NCBI GenBank assembly: GCA_013239625.1
Contig: MU053594.1
Coordinates: 838,536 to 902,535, forward strand
Direction of reading: 5' to 3'
DNA length: 64,000 bases
Origin: Lama guanicoe
Lineage: Eukaryota
Shown piece by piece: positions 10,701-24,200 of this stretch (position 1 is the first letter of the stretch; each line of letters starts with the position of its first letter). Below the pieces are notes generated by a model. It had not been told where the DNA came from. It ran no database searches and saw nothing but the letters and a program-made list of their open reading frames with translations. A program made the translations under genes and the position numbers.

Positions 10701-12104
10701 AATAGAAGATCATAAACGAAGGAGATGCATTGAAGAATTTAGTTTTGTTTTTTTTTTCCCCAAAGCAGTAAAATCAGAAGTAGCCTCACAGAGCCTCAGA
10801 AGGGCCAGATTCCAGGCCAGGAGTGAAATCCTTCAGGAGTGAGCATGAGGACAGTCTCTCACAGTCCACAGCCCCTCACCCTGGGGGGCAACCAGCTGAG
10901 AGCACTGGTGTGTGCCAAGAGGTGGCGAATGTGTTCGACGCATACCCTGACTTCTCAGTCTTCTACCACATCGGACTGACTCATCGCCAGGGTCACAGAG
11001 CCATTTAGTAACGAAGACGGTTAGAGCTGGGGAGACCTGACACCTTCACTTTACCAATGAGAAACACCAGGAGCAGAGAGGTCTAGGGTCCCTGCAGCAA
11101 AGTTCAGGAGCCACGGGACTGGTCCCACACGCTGACTCCTGACCTAAGTCCTCTTTGCACTTCTGGGTCTTGTTTCCTTTGTGCATCCTCAGTAGCTGTT
11201 TTGCCAACTGTTTCCTCTCTCCCGGTTTGCCCTGGTCTCACATCTGTCCCCAAAGAACAGGAGTCATCCCTTGGAGAGACTCGGTCTATTAAGTGCAGCT
11301 AGGAAAGCTGAACACACAGCAGGTGCCCCACCCAACCTGTCTGAAGCCCGGGAAAATGTCTGGTCCCCCCAACACCAGCCCACTTTTTAACAGAAGCTCC
11401 AGCTCCCTGCTTCCTCTTCAGGCTGTCCTGCCTGCTTTCCCTTTGCTGGGCGGCACTCTGACAACCGGCCAGCACTTCGATGACTGGCCAGCGCTTTACC
11501 TGAAGTTGAATCATTGAAATGTACAGCAAGGACATGCATAGATGGCTGGAACTCAGCTAAGCTTCTCCAGAGAAACAACGTAAAATCTATCAACCCGCCC
11601 TGAGAACCCAGGCCTTCTTAGTAAATTGCAGTGCACGATTTGATGGCCTCCAGGATGCCCCTGAGGATGTTTCCTCTGAGTCTGCTCTCCTGAAATCTTG
11701 CCTTGGCAAAAGGACTCATCCAACTTCTCTTCTCCCGGCTATAAAAAGGTGCTAATGCAAGGCGGATGGTTCCTCTCCCGTCCAACAGCTTTTGCCAACA
11801 TGGCAAGAAGCTGTAATTTTATCTTCCAATATTTGTCCAGCTGTTGTTGCAGATGTTGCATTCTCTACACCCAGAAAATAGAAATTTAGAGAATGCTGGC
11901 CTGTAACTTCATCTCGAGAATTTCGGATCCTGCTTGTATCTTTCCAGAATGTCCTTATGTGATCATAGCTCTAAGCACATCTGGGCTATTGAAGAGACAA
12001 AGGTTTATAATCTCCTTACAGAAGAAAACTAGTGCAAAGAATTGTCGAATTCAGTTTCTGTCAAGTGAAAAATGCACATTCTCGAACAAAGATATATTGT
12101 TTAT

Positions 12105-12330
12105 ATATATGGTGATTAATTCATGCCAGTCACTGTACTAAGCACTTCACTGAATTCATGAAATCTTCTTAACAATTCCACCAGATAGGCAGTTATTATC
12201 CTACTTGACAGATGAAGAAACTTAAGAACCAAAAGTTTAACTAAAAGCCCAAGGTTACAAAGCTAATAAGAGGTAAGGCCAAGATATGAATGCCAGGCAG
12301 ATCTAGGTCCACAGCCCTTGATCTAAGTAT
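12105..12330 (-). mobile_element. MIR SINE
   Basis: atgccagtcactgtactaagcacttcac...gttattatcctacttgacagatgaagaaactta...cccaaggttacaaagctaataag. Confidence 0.8.
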
Positions 12331-14486
12331 GTATTGCTTAAAGTTGGCTTCAATTAAAGTCAACTTTTATGACAAAAGGGTTGATCCTGCGCTGGATGAA
12401 CTGGGAGACAAGCACATAGAGAAAAACACTGCCTGCTTGGGGATATACTGAGTCAGACCTGGGGATGTGCTGATTCTGAACGGGGGCTGGAAACTGAGGT
12501 TCCCTGAATCCCGAGCCCACCCGGCCACGCTCCTCTCCCTGCTGTAGCCCCGCCTTCGTCCCTGAGCTGAACCCTCCTAGCGCCCTCCTCACCACCACTG
12601 GGCCCCGCCTTGATGTCTACCTGCAGCCCCCAGAGCTCAGCATCGGCGGTGGCCACCAAGAAGGACCAGGCTGTGAGCCGGACTTTCCCATCTGTGGGTC
12701 ACTCTTGATCCCCCAATTCGGACTCTGGATAAGCTATATCATTCCTTATTAAAATGTGAGTATTAGAATTATTCTTCGCTAAAGCTAAAGTTGTGATCGG
12801 CTCTTTGCTCCTCTGCAGGAAGTGTATCCTTGCTAGATTATTCACAGAGCTACTCAACCAGTGATCTCTCAAAGCACTCAGTCTCTTTAAGAGCCATCTG
12901 TAGAGCATCATGGTAAAGAGATTTCAACAGAGGTCACACTCCCTTCTACAAGGTGCAGAGTTCATCCCCTACTCCCTCAGCCAGTGTCCCCCTGCGTCAG
13001 ACAGTGACTGACCTGTTGATGATACACAGGACCACATTATATAAAATTGTGAAGGGGACAGAACAGAAGAAACCTCAGTCACTTAAATACCGTACCCATT
13101 ATCTGGGACATAACTGTATTGCTTTCTTGAATTAGCGAACAAACAAGAAGGCTGTAGCTGGTACCACTCATTAAGGTAGGAGCTGAAATGCCACATCTGT
13201 CACTATGGCTTATCAGAAACCTAGAACTGAGAGCAGTCCCAGCCCAGGTGGGGTGCTGGAGAGGGGAGGGGAGGAGGGGCAGTGGCAGACGGTGGCCGTA
13301 TGGTGGTCCCCGCACCCGTGAAGTACATCCTCATTCTGAGTCTGTGGTGCTGCCTCTGCCAACTTCATGATCCATCCATCTGTACGGTTACCCATGTCGT
13401 CACTCTCTGATGCTCAGCTGAAGGTCCTTTAGCACCATTTGCGGGACCCCCTTCTGTCTTCACACAGAGCGATTTCAGGGACCCAGAAGAGCCCCCCTAG
13501 GCTGGTCATTGACATGCCAATTCTCATTCTTGGTGCTTCTACCTTACGACGTGTACGCCTAATAACAGCCAGTAGCTCTACATAAGTCTTTTCGACTTAT
13601 AATGAGCCAAAGATGTGGGTAGAGCTTGCTGGGAGGGCTGGGGAAAAAGGTCCGCTGGGGAGGCGTAGGGAGGTTGGGAGAAAATAACCAAACGCACAAT
13701 ATTCTCACTCATCTTGGCGGCTGAGGTCTTCCACATGTGCTGATTATGGTCCTTTCTTGCCCAGAATGATGCTACAACCCTGAAGAACTGCCAGTAAGTC
13801 ACAAACATTAAATATGGCATCAGATGCTTATGATATCCCTCACGGTGTTTTGCTTGGGTTTTGTTTCTGTAGCAGCATTTTTATTTAAGCAACCATCACT
13901 TATCTCTTTCATTATTCCCTTAGATTCCTTCCCTCCACCAATCCAAACCCAACTGTCCTTGACAAACTCACTTCGCTTTATCCAACAGACAGGGGAGCCT
14001 TTGAATCCCAGTCTGAGAAATCAAAGACAAAGACATTAAAGAGAGTTCCCCCCACCGGCGCCACGGCGTAATGGGCTTTGATGTTCAAGGACTAGAATGA
14101 GTGGGATTCCAAGGAGACCCTTCAAAGGTCAGAGGCAGATACGAGGCTCACCCGTGAGAAACAAACACACACCCAACTCCGGTGGTGGGTGGTGGCGGAA
14201 TCTTATTGGAAGGATGTCACAGAGGCAACGTTTAACTTCCCCTTCAAGGTGACAGACTCTAGTTCTATGAGCGACTTGAAAACCAAGTAGCTAAACCATT
14301 ATTCCCGGAACCTTATCTCAATAGGAAGGAAATACCTGCCAAGAGACGAAGTCTCTGTAGGGAAATTTGAAACTTCCTGTCCGTTTCAGGAGACCAAACC
14401 TGGTCATGGGAGTTTAGTGTCCATGTGATTTTGCCTGGTGGTTCCAGCATCTAGTCTAACTAAGAGACTTGGGTGGGACACAGGGG

Positions 14487-14491
<5 letters not shown>

Positions 14492-14525
<34 letters not shown>
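14492..14525. repeat. (AC)n microsatellite
   Basis: About 17 AC units followed by degenerate (actc)n. Confidence 0.95.
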
Positions 14526-14527
<2 letters not shown>

Positions 14528-17024
14528 ACACACTCACTCACGCTCTCCTTCCTCACCTGGTCTCCCCAGATAGGAAATTCCACTCTGGGAACTAACTTTG
14601 AAACTTTTAAGATGATGTCAAGTCACCGTGACCAGGCAGAACTGGATTCCTTAAAAAGAACTCCAGTCACTGGCCACCGATTTTTCCTTCTTCAAAAATA
14701 GAATCGGCCTCAACAGTGGCTAAACTTGGGAGTTGCAAGGCCTGGTTTCTATTCCAAACTGGACTGACAGCTACAAAACTGAGAAGCCCAAAGGCGAGCG
14801 GCGATCTGAACGTATTTAAATGAGGGGGGCTCATACGCGATGGAGGATGTTGTTCTGCGTTCACTGCGTGTAAGTTTCAATTTTCTTACACCTGCCCCCC
14901 CTGCAACTGGAAACTCCCCAAACTCCAAGCCGCGGGGCCTTCACGATGCAGACGGCCGAGGCTGCCGCTGCGGCTGCCTGAGAAGCAGCAGACCCTCCAT
15001 CCACTACCAGGATGATACGTCGTCCTGTCCTGGGGGTAACTCAGCAGGTCTCTTTGAAGCGCGGGTGGTGACAGAACGGGCCACTCAACTCACATGGGCT
15101 GGGATCTCCCCAGCAGGCCTGTCTTTTGTCTGATGGGGCCCCTGCCTTTGTTCCCCACCCCACCCCACCCCAGTTCTCAGGGTTGACCCTCTGAATATTT
15201 CCATCAGACAGACAAGCCCTACACTAATGCAACAACAGCAACAAATTTTGGCCCAAAAGACAAGGTAAATATACATATAATATACAGCCCCCATTCTAGC
15301 ATTAAACCTCACTCTGTAACAAGGCCAGCTGCCTTTACTTCTGTAAACAGATCCCAGCTGTCAGCATCACTGTCTGGCCTTTAACGATGCCAGTATCTTA
15401 TAGAAGGCTATTAAACAGTGACAACCCGACAACCAAGGCTCTTAAAGGGCCAGAATGGCCAGAATAAATAGCCAGAGAAAAAAGAGCCTGCAGTCCCAGC
15501 AGTGGTCCCTAAACTCCCTTGGGGGCAACGAATCCGTGTCCAGATTTCACCCTGCTCTCTGGAGGTCTAAGCGATGACTCTCTCTTCCTCTTTTTTTGCT
15601 ATGAGGTCTACACATAAATTTACATGTCATGAAGCATCACTCACTGAATCTGTTCAGGGAAGATGGCACCTTTCGAATGGCATACAGGATATTCACACAA
15701 ACAAACACAACAACACAAACACACAACAAGATCCCCAGCCTGCACAACGTCAGTCTCCAAAGCCTCCGATCCGCACATTATATGCTTCCCAGGAGGAGAG
15801 GTGATGGTAGCTTCTTGACTTTCCCCCCAAAACCTCTAAGTAGTTTCTAAAGCTGAAAACAAAAAAAAAATGAAAACAAAACCTCGCACATCAAGGACTT
15901 CTTGCCCTCTATCATGACCTTCTTCCCTGAACCCTTGGAGCAAAGCTATCACATGACCACAATGGGCTCAAATCTCCTGTTGGCTCTTGTCTCGGACCAA
16001 GACCCTTTTGTAACATCGTAAGAGAGAAGGACTCAGAGAGACCAAGGCCTGAAGTCAAGGGGACGGGGTCCAGTTTCTCCACACAAAGTCTGCTAGACTC
16101 AAAACAAAGTCTGACTCATCCCTGCTTCTGTTAGCAAAAGGCCTCACTGTACATCTCAGACGGGGAATCCCACAGAGACCGGGGGCCGCAGGCAGAGCTA
16201 CAGAGGTAAGAATGGGTCAGGGAAGAGAGCTGAGACCTGCAGTTGAGAAGGAAAGAGCCTTTAGGGTAGAGAAAAGAGGTGGAACTAGGGAGATGACAGG
16301 TCAGTGCAGTGGGACTGTCTCCAAAGAGCCCCAGGAAGAACCACCCCACATGCTGGTTCTGCTGCTCCCCACAGCCTTCCAGATACCACCAGCTGTGACA
16401 CCAGCTTCACACCCATGGCTGAGTGAGCAGCTGCCCCCCCCCCCGGCTGTGTGCTCAGGACTCACAGGCCACCACTGGGACCCTCCATGGGACCCTCTAT
16501 GAGACCCGGCCTATCTGCATAGAGGGCTGGCACACACCAGACTGCACGGAATGCAGGGTATTCCCTTACAATCTTCAAACGTGACACTTCTGGATTCTCT
16601 TTTTCCATGGGAAATCCAGCAGGACCAAGGGAGGACGGGATCCAGGGCTATCTCCTGCTCTTAACTGTCGACATCTGGCCCTGGGATCCTCTAAGGCCAT
16701 GGAAGTCAAAACAGAACGGGATTTGGAGGTATGGAGGTATAAAGGTCAGGTCCTCCCCCTGTCTCCATAGCAACTAGCTTGTACCTCCATCACAGCACCA
16801 CTCTGTTCCAATGTAATGAACACAGCAACATCTGTTTAAGTGACTGAACTCAGTAAGGACTCAAGGCTCAGCAGAGTGCTCAGCACACAGGACGCCCTAA
16901 AAGATGTGCTGAATTAACTGAAGGTCCTTTTTGATTATTCTTTCCTGAGGTTCACACAACTTTAATGGTTCACATGAGTCGAATGGTTCCAAAAATGCAT
17001 GGGATACGGAGTTCAGGCCCCGAA

Positions 17025-17197
17025 TAGTATCCAATTACCTGCTTACGAATCACCCAGACGGCTTGTGAAAAAGATTTCCTTGCTGCAACCCTGAAGCTAC
17101 TGATTCGGTACCTCTGCAGCAGAGCCCTGGGATTCTAATTTTAAAATGTTCCTCAGACGATTCTGATACGTATCCACGTGGGGGATCTCTGCTCTAG
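17025..17197. mobile_element. MER5-like hAT-Charlie MITE
   Basis: gaatcaccc...ctactgattc...ccctgggattctaattttaaaatgttcctcagacgattctgat...ctctgctctag matches the MER5 layout. Confidence 0.6.
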
Positions 17198-20100
17198 TTA
17201 ACAATCCACCTGGGCGAACTGATGAATTGCAAACAATACCAGTCCCATCTAAACTCCAAGATCCGGCCTGAAGTTCCTGATTTTTACAAGCATTCTCGTG
17301 TCACCCTGCTGCTTGGCTGTTTATCACATAAAGCAATGTGACACAGCTCTGCAGAAACTCCTATTTCATGCGTTTCTCTTCAAGTTTGTCACTTGAGCAC
17401 TTGAGGAAGTATGACCCTACCCTGAAAATCCATATACAAGTAAACATCATGTTTTTCTAAAAGCAGCTATGCCCTGCAATCAAAATGGATATAATGATAA
17501 AGGACAGGAAGTCACAACTGGCCACCACTGTCTGTAATGCCGAGTTTGACATCCTTGGTTCATTTGACCCAGGATGGCACCTCGATGTAACAAATGGAAG
17601 GTCTCGATCAGGGTCAGTTGATCGGTTCAGCAGTCTTGTTCTTGCTTTGCTAAGCACATCCGCCTGAATGTCCCCTGTCCAAGCCACAGCAGTAGCTCTG
17701 CTCACACAGGTGAATATGCTGCTCACCAAGTGGATGTGGTGTGAGAAATCTATTCTGGAAGTGCAGGGCAGATCCCGGTTAACCGTAAGAGAAAAAGAAA
17801 GGTGGGGGGAGGCATGAGGCATCAGACGCTACCTTCCTGAAATGAGACTTCAGGGTCCTGGGGGGAAAAAAAGCCTTTAGAAATTCTGAATTAGCTTTAA
17901 ATCCTAAAACAAGATGAATTACTTCTCCAGTAGCTTCAGAATGGCAGTTAAAAAGGAAAACCAGCCCTGGACGGCAGTCTTTTAGCTCAGAAAGCCTTCT
18001 GGTCCGTGGTATAAGGAGCTACCTGCCTCTTACCTTTATTCTGTTATATTGATGAATTTCAAACCTCTACAGGAACATTTAGCAGGGCTCTCAGGCCCCC
18101 GCTGAACCTGATGAAAGAAAACTTTCCACTTGTTTCCAACAATTCCTGGGTGAATTCGTCTTCCTTTCAGAGCAGCAGAGTCCCAAGGACAAATGCTCCT
18201 CTTATATGTAAGAGATGGCGATTTATTCTTAATGCCTCTGCACTTGCTCATTGATTTTTACCCCCTTCCTTACAACACAGGCTTCACTTTGAAGGAAAAA
18301 GGCACCTGGTGATTCAACAGCTCTTCCCTGAATGTGGGCATTCATGACCCCTGCACAAATGCAGATACCTTTTCCCCCGAAGTCATAGATCCTCCTGACC
18401 CTTCAATGTGGGTCTTCATGGCTTATGCACTCCTTACAAATAGACTTCTACACGCAGGAAATACAGAAGAAAATGTAGAAATCCATTTTCCTATAAGCTC
18501 TTTTGTTTCCTCTGCTTTAAACTATCGAGAGAAATTCAAATCACCCACAAGGCTCTGTCACCACAGCTCACTCTCCTGAGGATGCTGAGGGACCCAAAGG
18601 GACACCTGGGGTACCACCTGGGGACCTCATTTGCTCTCCAGGTGGCCATGAGCACAGGAAAGCTGCCCCAACACTCAACTTCTGGCTGGTTAAATAATTA
18701 GTAGCTGTAAGTTTCTTGGTCTTAGAAATTGATAACAATATTTAAGCAATGACTCAAACTGGAGGACAAAGAAAAAGAAGAGAATCATACGGAACAGCTT
18801 GAGTCTAAGCTACCCAGAGCGAGGTCAGGTCTTCTCTGCAATTTCAAAGTGTCTCATACTTAGTTTTAGAACCAGCAGGTTCCAATAAATGCTCTCCACT
18901 GCCTGACAGCAACCCTCCTTTCATTTATCTTTTATCTCCCAAGGCGAATATTGTTTCTTAAACTATTCGGTTTGAAAAATGTATTTTTAAAATTTTTTCA
19001 ATGGAAATACCTGGGTCAGTCCCTAGGAGGGAGGCCATGGGGTCCAGTGGAAAGGGGACCCTTGAGTCCAAGAGGCACGAGATGTGGATGATTTGGGTTC
19101 TAATCACCTCGTTTGTGCTGTGCCACTGGTGCCCCAGCTATAAAGTTAGGATAAAAGCAGAGGCAGAGGGTGGCAAAGTGGGGAAAGTAGATAAAAAGGA
19201 ACCAGAAAACCAGGCATTTTTGTCTATCCTTGCCCCTAAAACACCTCCAGGATTTGCGGTAAGTCATTTTATCTGGCCAGGTCTCAGTTTATTCATTTGG
19301 AAAGGAGGGGTTGGACTGGCTGATCTTTAAGGTCCATTCGACCCTACAGGCAGATGACCGGGGCCAAGCTGGCAAGTCATCAAGGGGCTTCCCCGTCTTC
19401 CTGCCAAGGTGGGCTGGTCCCAATCCCACCAGGTGGGTTGGGGAGCTCGAACCTGTAGGCGCAGGCCCTCCTGGCTCCTGAGCCAGTCCTCGCTGACGCT
19501 GGAGGCTTGTCAGATGCTCCACCCCTACTGGGGAGGCCAGTGCTGCCTCCTTGAGCCTGGGGACCTGGACTTCCGAGGAGGTGCTGCCCTCTCGCCAGCC
19601 CCCTCAGGGTGGCGCCCTGGACCCTGGCTAAAGTCCTGGTCCAAACCAATCAGGCCACTCAGAAGGCGATGCTGCCACCCACGGAGTGGGTTTGCCCTGA
19701 CCCAGTCACTCCATCTTTCCTCTTAGGTGAAAGAGACATTCTATCTGCTCTGTGCAGTGATGGTGAAGACCAAGCAGAACGACCCGAGAAGCGCCTAGTA
19801 CGCAGCAGGCAGTCTACAAACGGGAATCACCAATACTACTGCTAACGTGATACAAGGCAGAAAATGCAAGCGCCAGGGAGCTGTTAATTATGCCACGTGA
19901 CAGCCCAGAAAAGCAGCCGCGGGGCAGCCGGATGGGTGAGCAGCCCTACATCCCACCCTCCTGTCGGACGACCGTCGCTGGGAGCTTTACGAGCCCAGCC
20001 TGGCGTTTCTCCAGTGCACTCCCCGTCATCCCTGGACACATCACCGTCTGATAGGAGCGTGAGCTGGAGAAACAGAGAGCAAGATAGACTATTCTTTTTA

Positions 20101-21164
20101 TCAAGACTTTTACTCTCCTTGGGGTACAGTCAACAAGCCTGATATTTCTTTAAGTGTTAAGCCATCCCTACGGACTTAAGAAAAGAGTTATGAATAACTC
20201 TGAGGACAGTAAGCTGTGTTTTGCCAAATAACATCATTAAATAAGGGCTATAAGAAAATCAAGGAGCTAGAAAGAAATTGCTGTCTGCATTTGTCTTTTT
20301 TTCTTTTTCTTGGACTTAGGCAGTACTGAGCCACTTAGACATGAGCATGTGCCCCTGGGGCCTATTTCAAGGAATACTTTTTGAAACTAAAGTGGCTAAG
20401 TGGTTTCATTCAGAGAAGGTTTAAGCTCTGGAGGCTAGTATGTCAAGATGGAGCGGAGTCCCTTAGTCTACACCCAGGTGGCTTATCTGTCAGTGTAACA
20501 AAATCAGGGCACAATCGGAGAGGCTGGACCGACAAGTATCACCAGGGTTCTGGTTACTTCTGAGGTCCAGTCCTGTTTCTGGTGAGGAGAGGGAAGTCCT
20601 TCTGGACGAGAACCACATGGTAAGCAGGAAATCTGGCCATATCACTGTAGGCCTAGTAACACTCAAAGTGGGTACCAGGGCCTTAGAACCTGCACTTCGC
20701 ACCGAACAGCTCAGGGCACCTCGCTGACTTGGGTAGCAGGCGAGTGGGTGCCTTGGAACCATGAGGCTGATGGTGCCTGAGAGGCAGCCCAGGGCTCTGC
20801 CCACAACACACATGCTCACACCAGCTCTCACAAATTCCTTTAAGCAGATTCTTCCGGCCCAGGCTGTGGGAATTCATCTTTACAGTATTAGCAAAACCGA
20901 GAAAACGACAAAGGATCAGCATTACTATTCCAGATCAGGGATCTCTTCATTCTTGTTTGAAACGACATCAGGTAGAAAAGAAGAAGTACCATAGAATGAG
21001 GCCCCGTCCTGGACCCAGCACTCACATTCGTAGCCACGTGGTTTGCTCTGGGCCAGATTCTTCACAAACGTCATCTCTGGGACCTGGCCCTGCCCTTGAA
21101 CACTCAGGGGTTGAGCAGCTGAATCTCATAGCCACCTGCCCCCCTCCACGGAGGGCTCCTGGAC

Positions 21165-21270
21165 GTGACCCATTTTACAGAGGAGAAGACTGAAGCCTAG
21201 AGAGGTTAAGTGAATGGCCCAACATTACACAGCTAACAGATGGGGAGCCCGGATCCGAGAACTCAGGGCT
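21165..21270 (-). mobile_element. MIR SINE fragment
   Basis: cccattttacagaggagaagactgaagcctagagaggttaagtgaatggcccaacattacacagcta. Confidence 0.8.
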
Positions 21271-24200
21271 GTTCTGCTACGAAGTCCATTTCCTTCCTCT
21301 TATACCATGATGCCTCCAACAGTGCAGCAGGGTTTCGAGTGGAAGACTGATTTCTTTTACTTTTTCTACTCTAAGTACAGATCCTTGCTGTTTAGTCTCA
21401 GGGACAGAAAGAAGAAGCTGTAATGGTACAGGGAGGTCTGTCCCTGCAGTGAGCGTTCACACACCATGCCCACAAGTCCAAGGGCGCCGTCTCCCTGTTC
21501 TCAGCATCCCCCTGGTGCTCAGCCGTACCTGTCCCAGCAGGTGTTCAACGCCACCCAGATGGAGTGAGATGCACGGATAATGCCTAGCACAGCCTCCGCC
21601 ACAGTCGGCGTCCCACAGACGGTGGGAGGATGAGGAGGGGGGTGGCAGGTGCAGCTGTGGCTCCGTGCTGCCTGGGAATCCGGGGTCCCGTTCTGCGTGC
21701 TGATCTCAGGGAAGTCACAGACGCTGGCTCCCCAGTTTCTTCATTTATAAGCTCACGGAGATTGAATGCGGACATTCTTTGAATCTGGAATATTAATGAG
21801 TTAGATTCTCCTCTATCTACCTTGTCCTACATCCCAAGATACCACTTAAAGACACACTGTCGGAACACCCACGTGTCTCCATATTTTAAGAGACACAATT
21901 TAAAAGCAAGGGAAATCTCGGCATTTCACGCTAAGGAGATTTCAGACATCCTCATATTTCTCGCTATTACCATGTGGTTTGTTGGAAGCTCTTTCTAAAC
22001 CTGGTGATTGTCTACACTGTATCATCTGCCCCTGTGGGATGGGAGAGAAGAAATGACCCAAGTGTTGATAGAAAAGTCACACAAGGACCGTCTGGCAGTG
22101 TTCTTATTAAGCAAGGTAAGCAGAGCAAGAGATGGCTAAATCACAGACCTGCCTCTCCCTCGCCACTGCGCCACCGAGTCCCACACAATAGACCTTTGGA
22201 AGCAGCCAGCTTGTCAGCATCAGCCCGGGCACAGTGGGTGAGCTGAAGCAAAGGTAATTTTCCAGGCTGTTTGGCTATCAACAGACACCAAATTGCAGCA
22301 GAGTCGACGTGACTTCCTTCGACCAGTTGCAACATTCTTAAACAAACCTTGAAAATGGAAGTGTGTTCTCATTTGACTTCATGGCTAAAGGATGGTGAAT
22401 GCTTTATTGGGAATCAAGTTGCAGGGCGGAGGGGGGGACCCACGTAAACATACACTCACAGAAAACGAGACTGGGCTCTAAAACCATTAAAAATGGGTAA
22501 TGATCTATAAATTTAAAATACATGCTAGGTTTTCATCACACTTGCCTCCTGCCCACTGGCAGGACGGTAAATAGCAAATGGCTCTGGGGGTGGGGGGGGG
22601 TGGGGTGAGTCCTAATTTGTAGCACTTGCTGATCGTCTGTGGTGTAAATACTCCCACCATGAAATTTCAAGCTACCAACACGATGTTTCTGAACGCGAGT
22701 TAGGAAGGAATACACACATGGGCTCTTGGAAGCTGGCTGAGCAGCCCCAGGATGCACCACTGTCCTGCCCGACATCCAGGCCCCAATCCTGGGCTCCAGG
22801 AGCGGGTCACTGAGAGCGGCGGCGGCAGCAGCAGGTGAGTCCGCTGATGCAAACTGGACGAATGCGCATCAGCTCTTCCCAGGTCAGCCTTCCCGGAACA
22901 CTGAGACCCCACTGTAATCTTCCATGCTGTTATCACTCTCCGAACTCCACTCCCAAGCTCTTCACTCTTCAGGAAGCCAGCGAACATCTGTCCTGAGATC
23001 ACCCAGAGGGCTCAGGGAGAAGTTAGCTTGCTTGCTTTTTCACTGAGCTCTCCCTCCTGATCCCAGCAGCCAGGCTTGCTTTGGTTATCCTGCCTCTGCC
23101 CAAACCCAGGCTGTCTGTCGGGAATTTGCAGAAAAGCAGTGTTAAGAAGTTGGCTAATTGGCCTCTGGGATGAAGAAGGCTTGTTAGAGCCCCGTGGAGA
23201 CGAGGCAGGACCAGCCTGGATGTATTTACATTTCCAGGCAGTCAGCTTATCCCCTCAGATTTCATCACCCTGCTGATGAAATACACATTGGAACTCGAGA
23301 TCGTTTCTCAGGACAAGAGGCTCGACCTGGTTTTGGGAGATGAGCCCTGTGGCCCTGCTGAAGTCAGCACACCGATTCGCTAGGTATGCCCTGTAACATG
23401 AGGGTCACCCGTCCTAAGGTATTCAACTCCTCTCCTATGCCTTTCTCTTCACTGGGCTCCTTTTTCTATCTCCCTGACTCTCCTCTGCTCTCTGGTTCTC
23501 ATTCTGTCTCTTTCATGTTTCTCCTCTAAGATGGAGGCGCAGAGAGGATGCGAGGAAGAAGAAAGAAGGAAATACGTCAGGCGAGCACGGTATTTGCATT
23601 CACTTCCTCTGCACGGTCGAGCTCATGTTTTTTCCTTGGACTTGAACTTCCACACAGTCTTTAAGGAACGGCTTTTTCGAGCTCAACTATCCATTTATAG
23701 TGTTACTCTTCTAAAATAGCATCCCTCCAGCCCCGCCTCGAGTGGATTTTTCTTTCACTTTGGCTGCAGGCATCCCTTTTGAGGGACTGAGGGAAGGATC
23801 CAAAGGAAGAAGAATATGAAGGCAGCGGAGCAGAGAGATGAGAGGAAAAAGAGAAAAAGCAGGAATGGAGAGATGGGCTTCCCCGAGGCGGGCTGGACTC
23901 CCTGTTGTTCTAAGCACCTCCACCCCAGGCTCACCGTCATCTACCCCTTCCCCACCCCCATCCTTTTACTCCCCACCACGAGGTCTGACCTACACTCCAC
24001 CTGCTGCCTTCAGGGTTGTGTTCCGTTACCAAATCTAAGAAAAAAATGTGAGGTTCCTCCCAGATGACTGTAAACAGTGGCTTTTGGAGGGAAGTGTACC
24101 CTGTCTTCCTTCCTGGTGGAATTTCAGACCCTGTGAGCTGATTCCGGGAAAGAGAGAGCCCTGAAGAGTTGATGCCCTTGAAGTCACCCCCACGTGGGCA

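Noticed and set aside
17998..18016. REST/RE1 site
   Set aside because: Only a partial match (accacggac on the minus strand). The TCAGC left half is absent.
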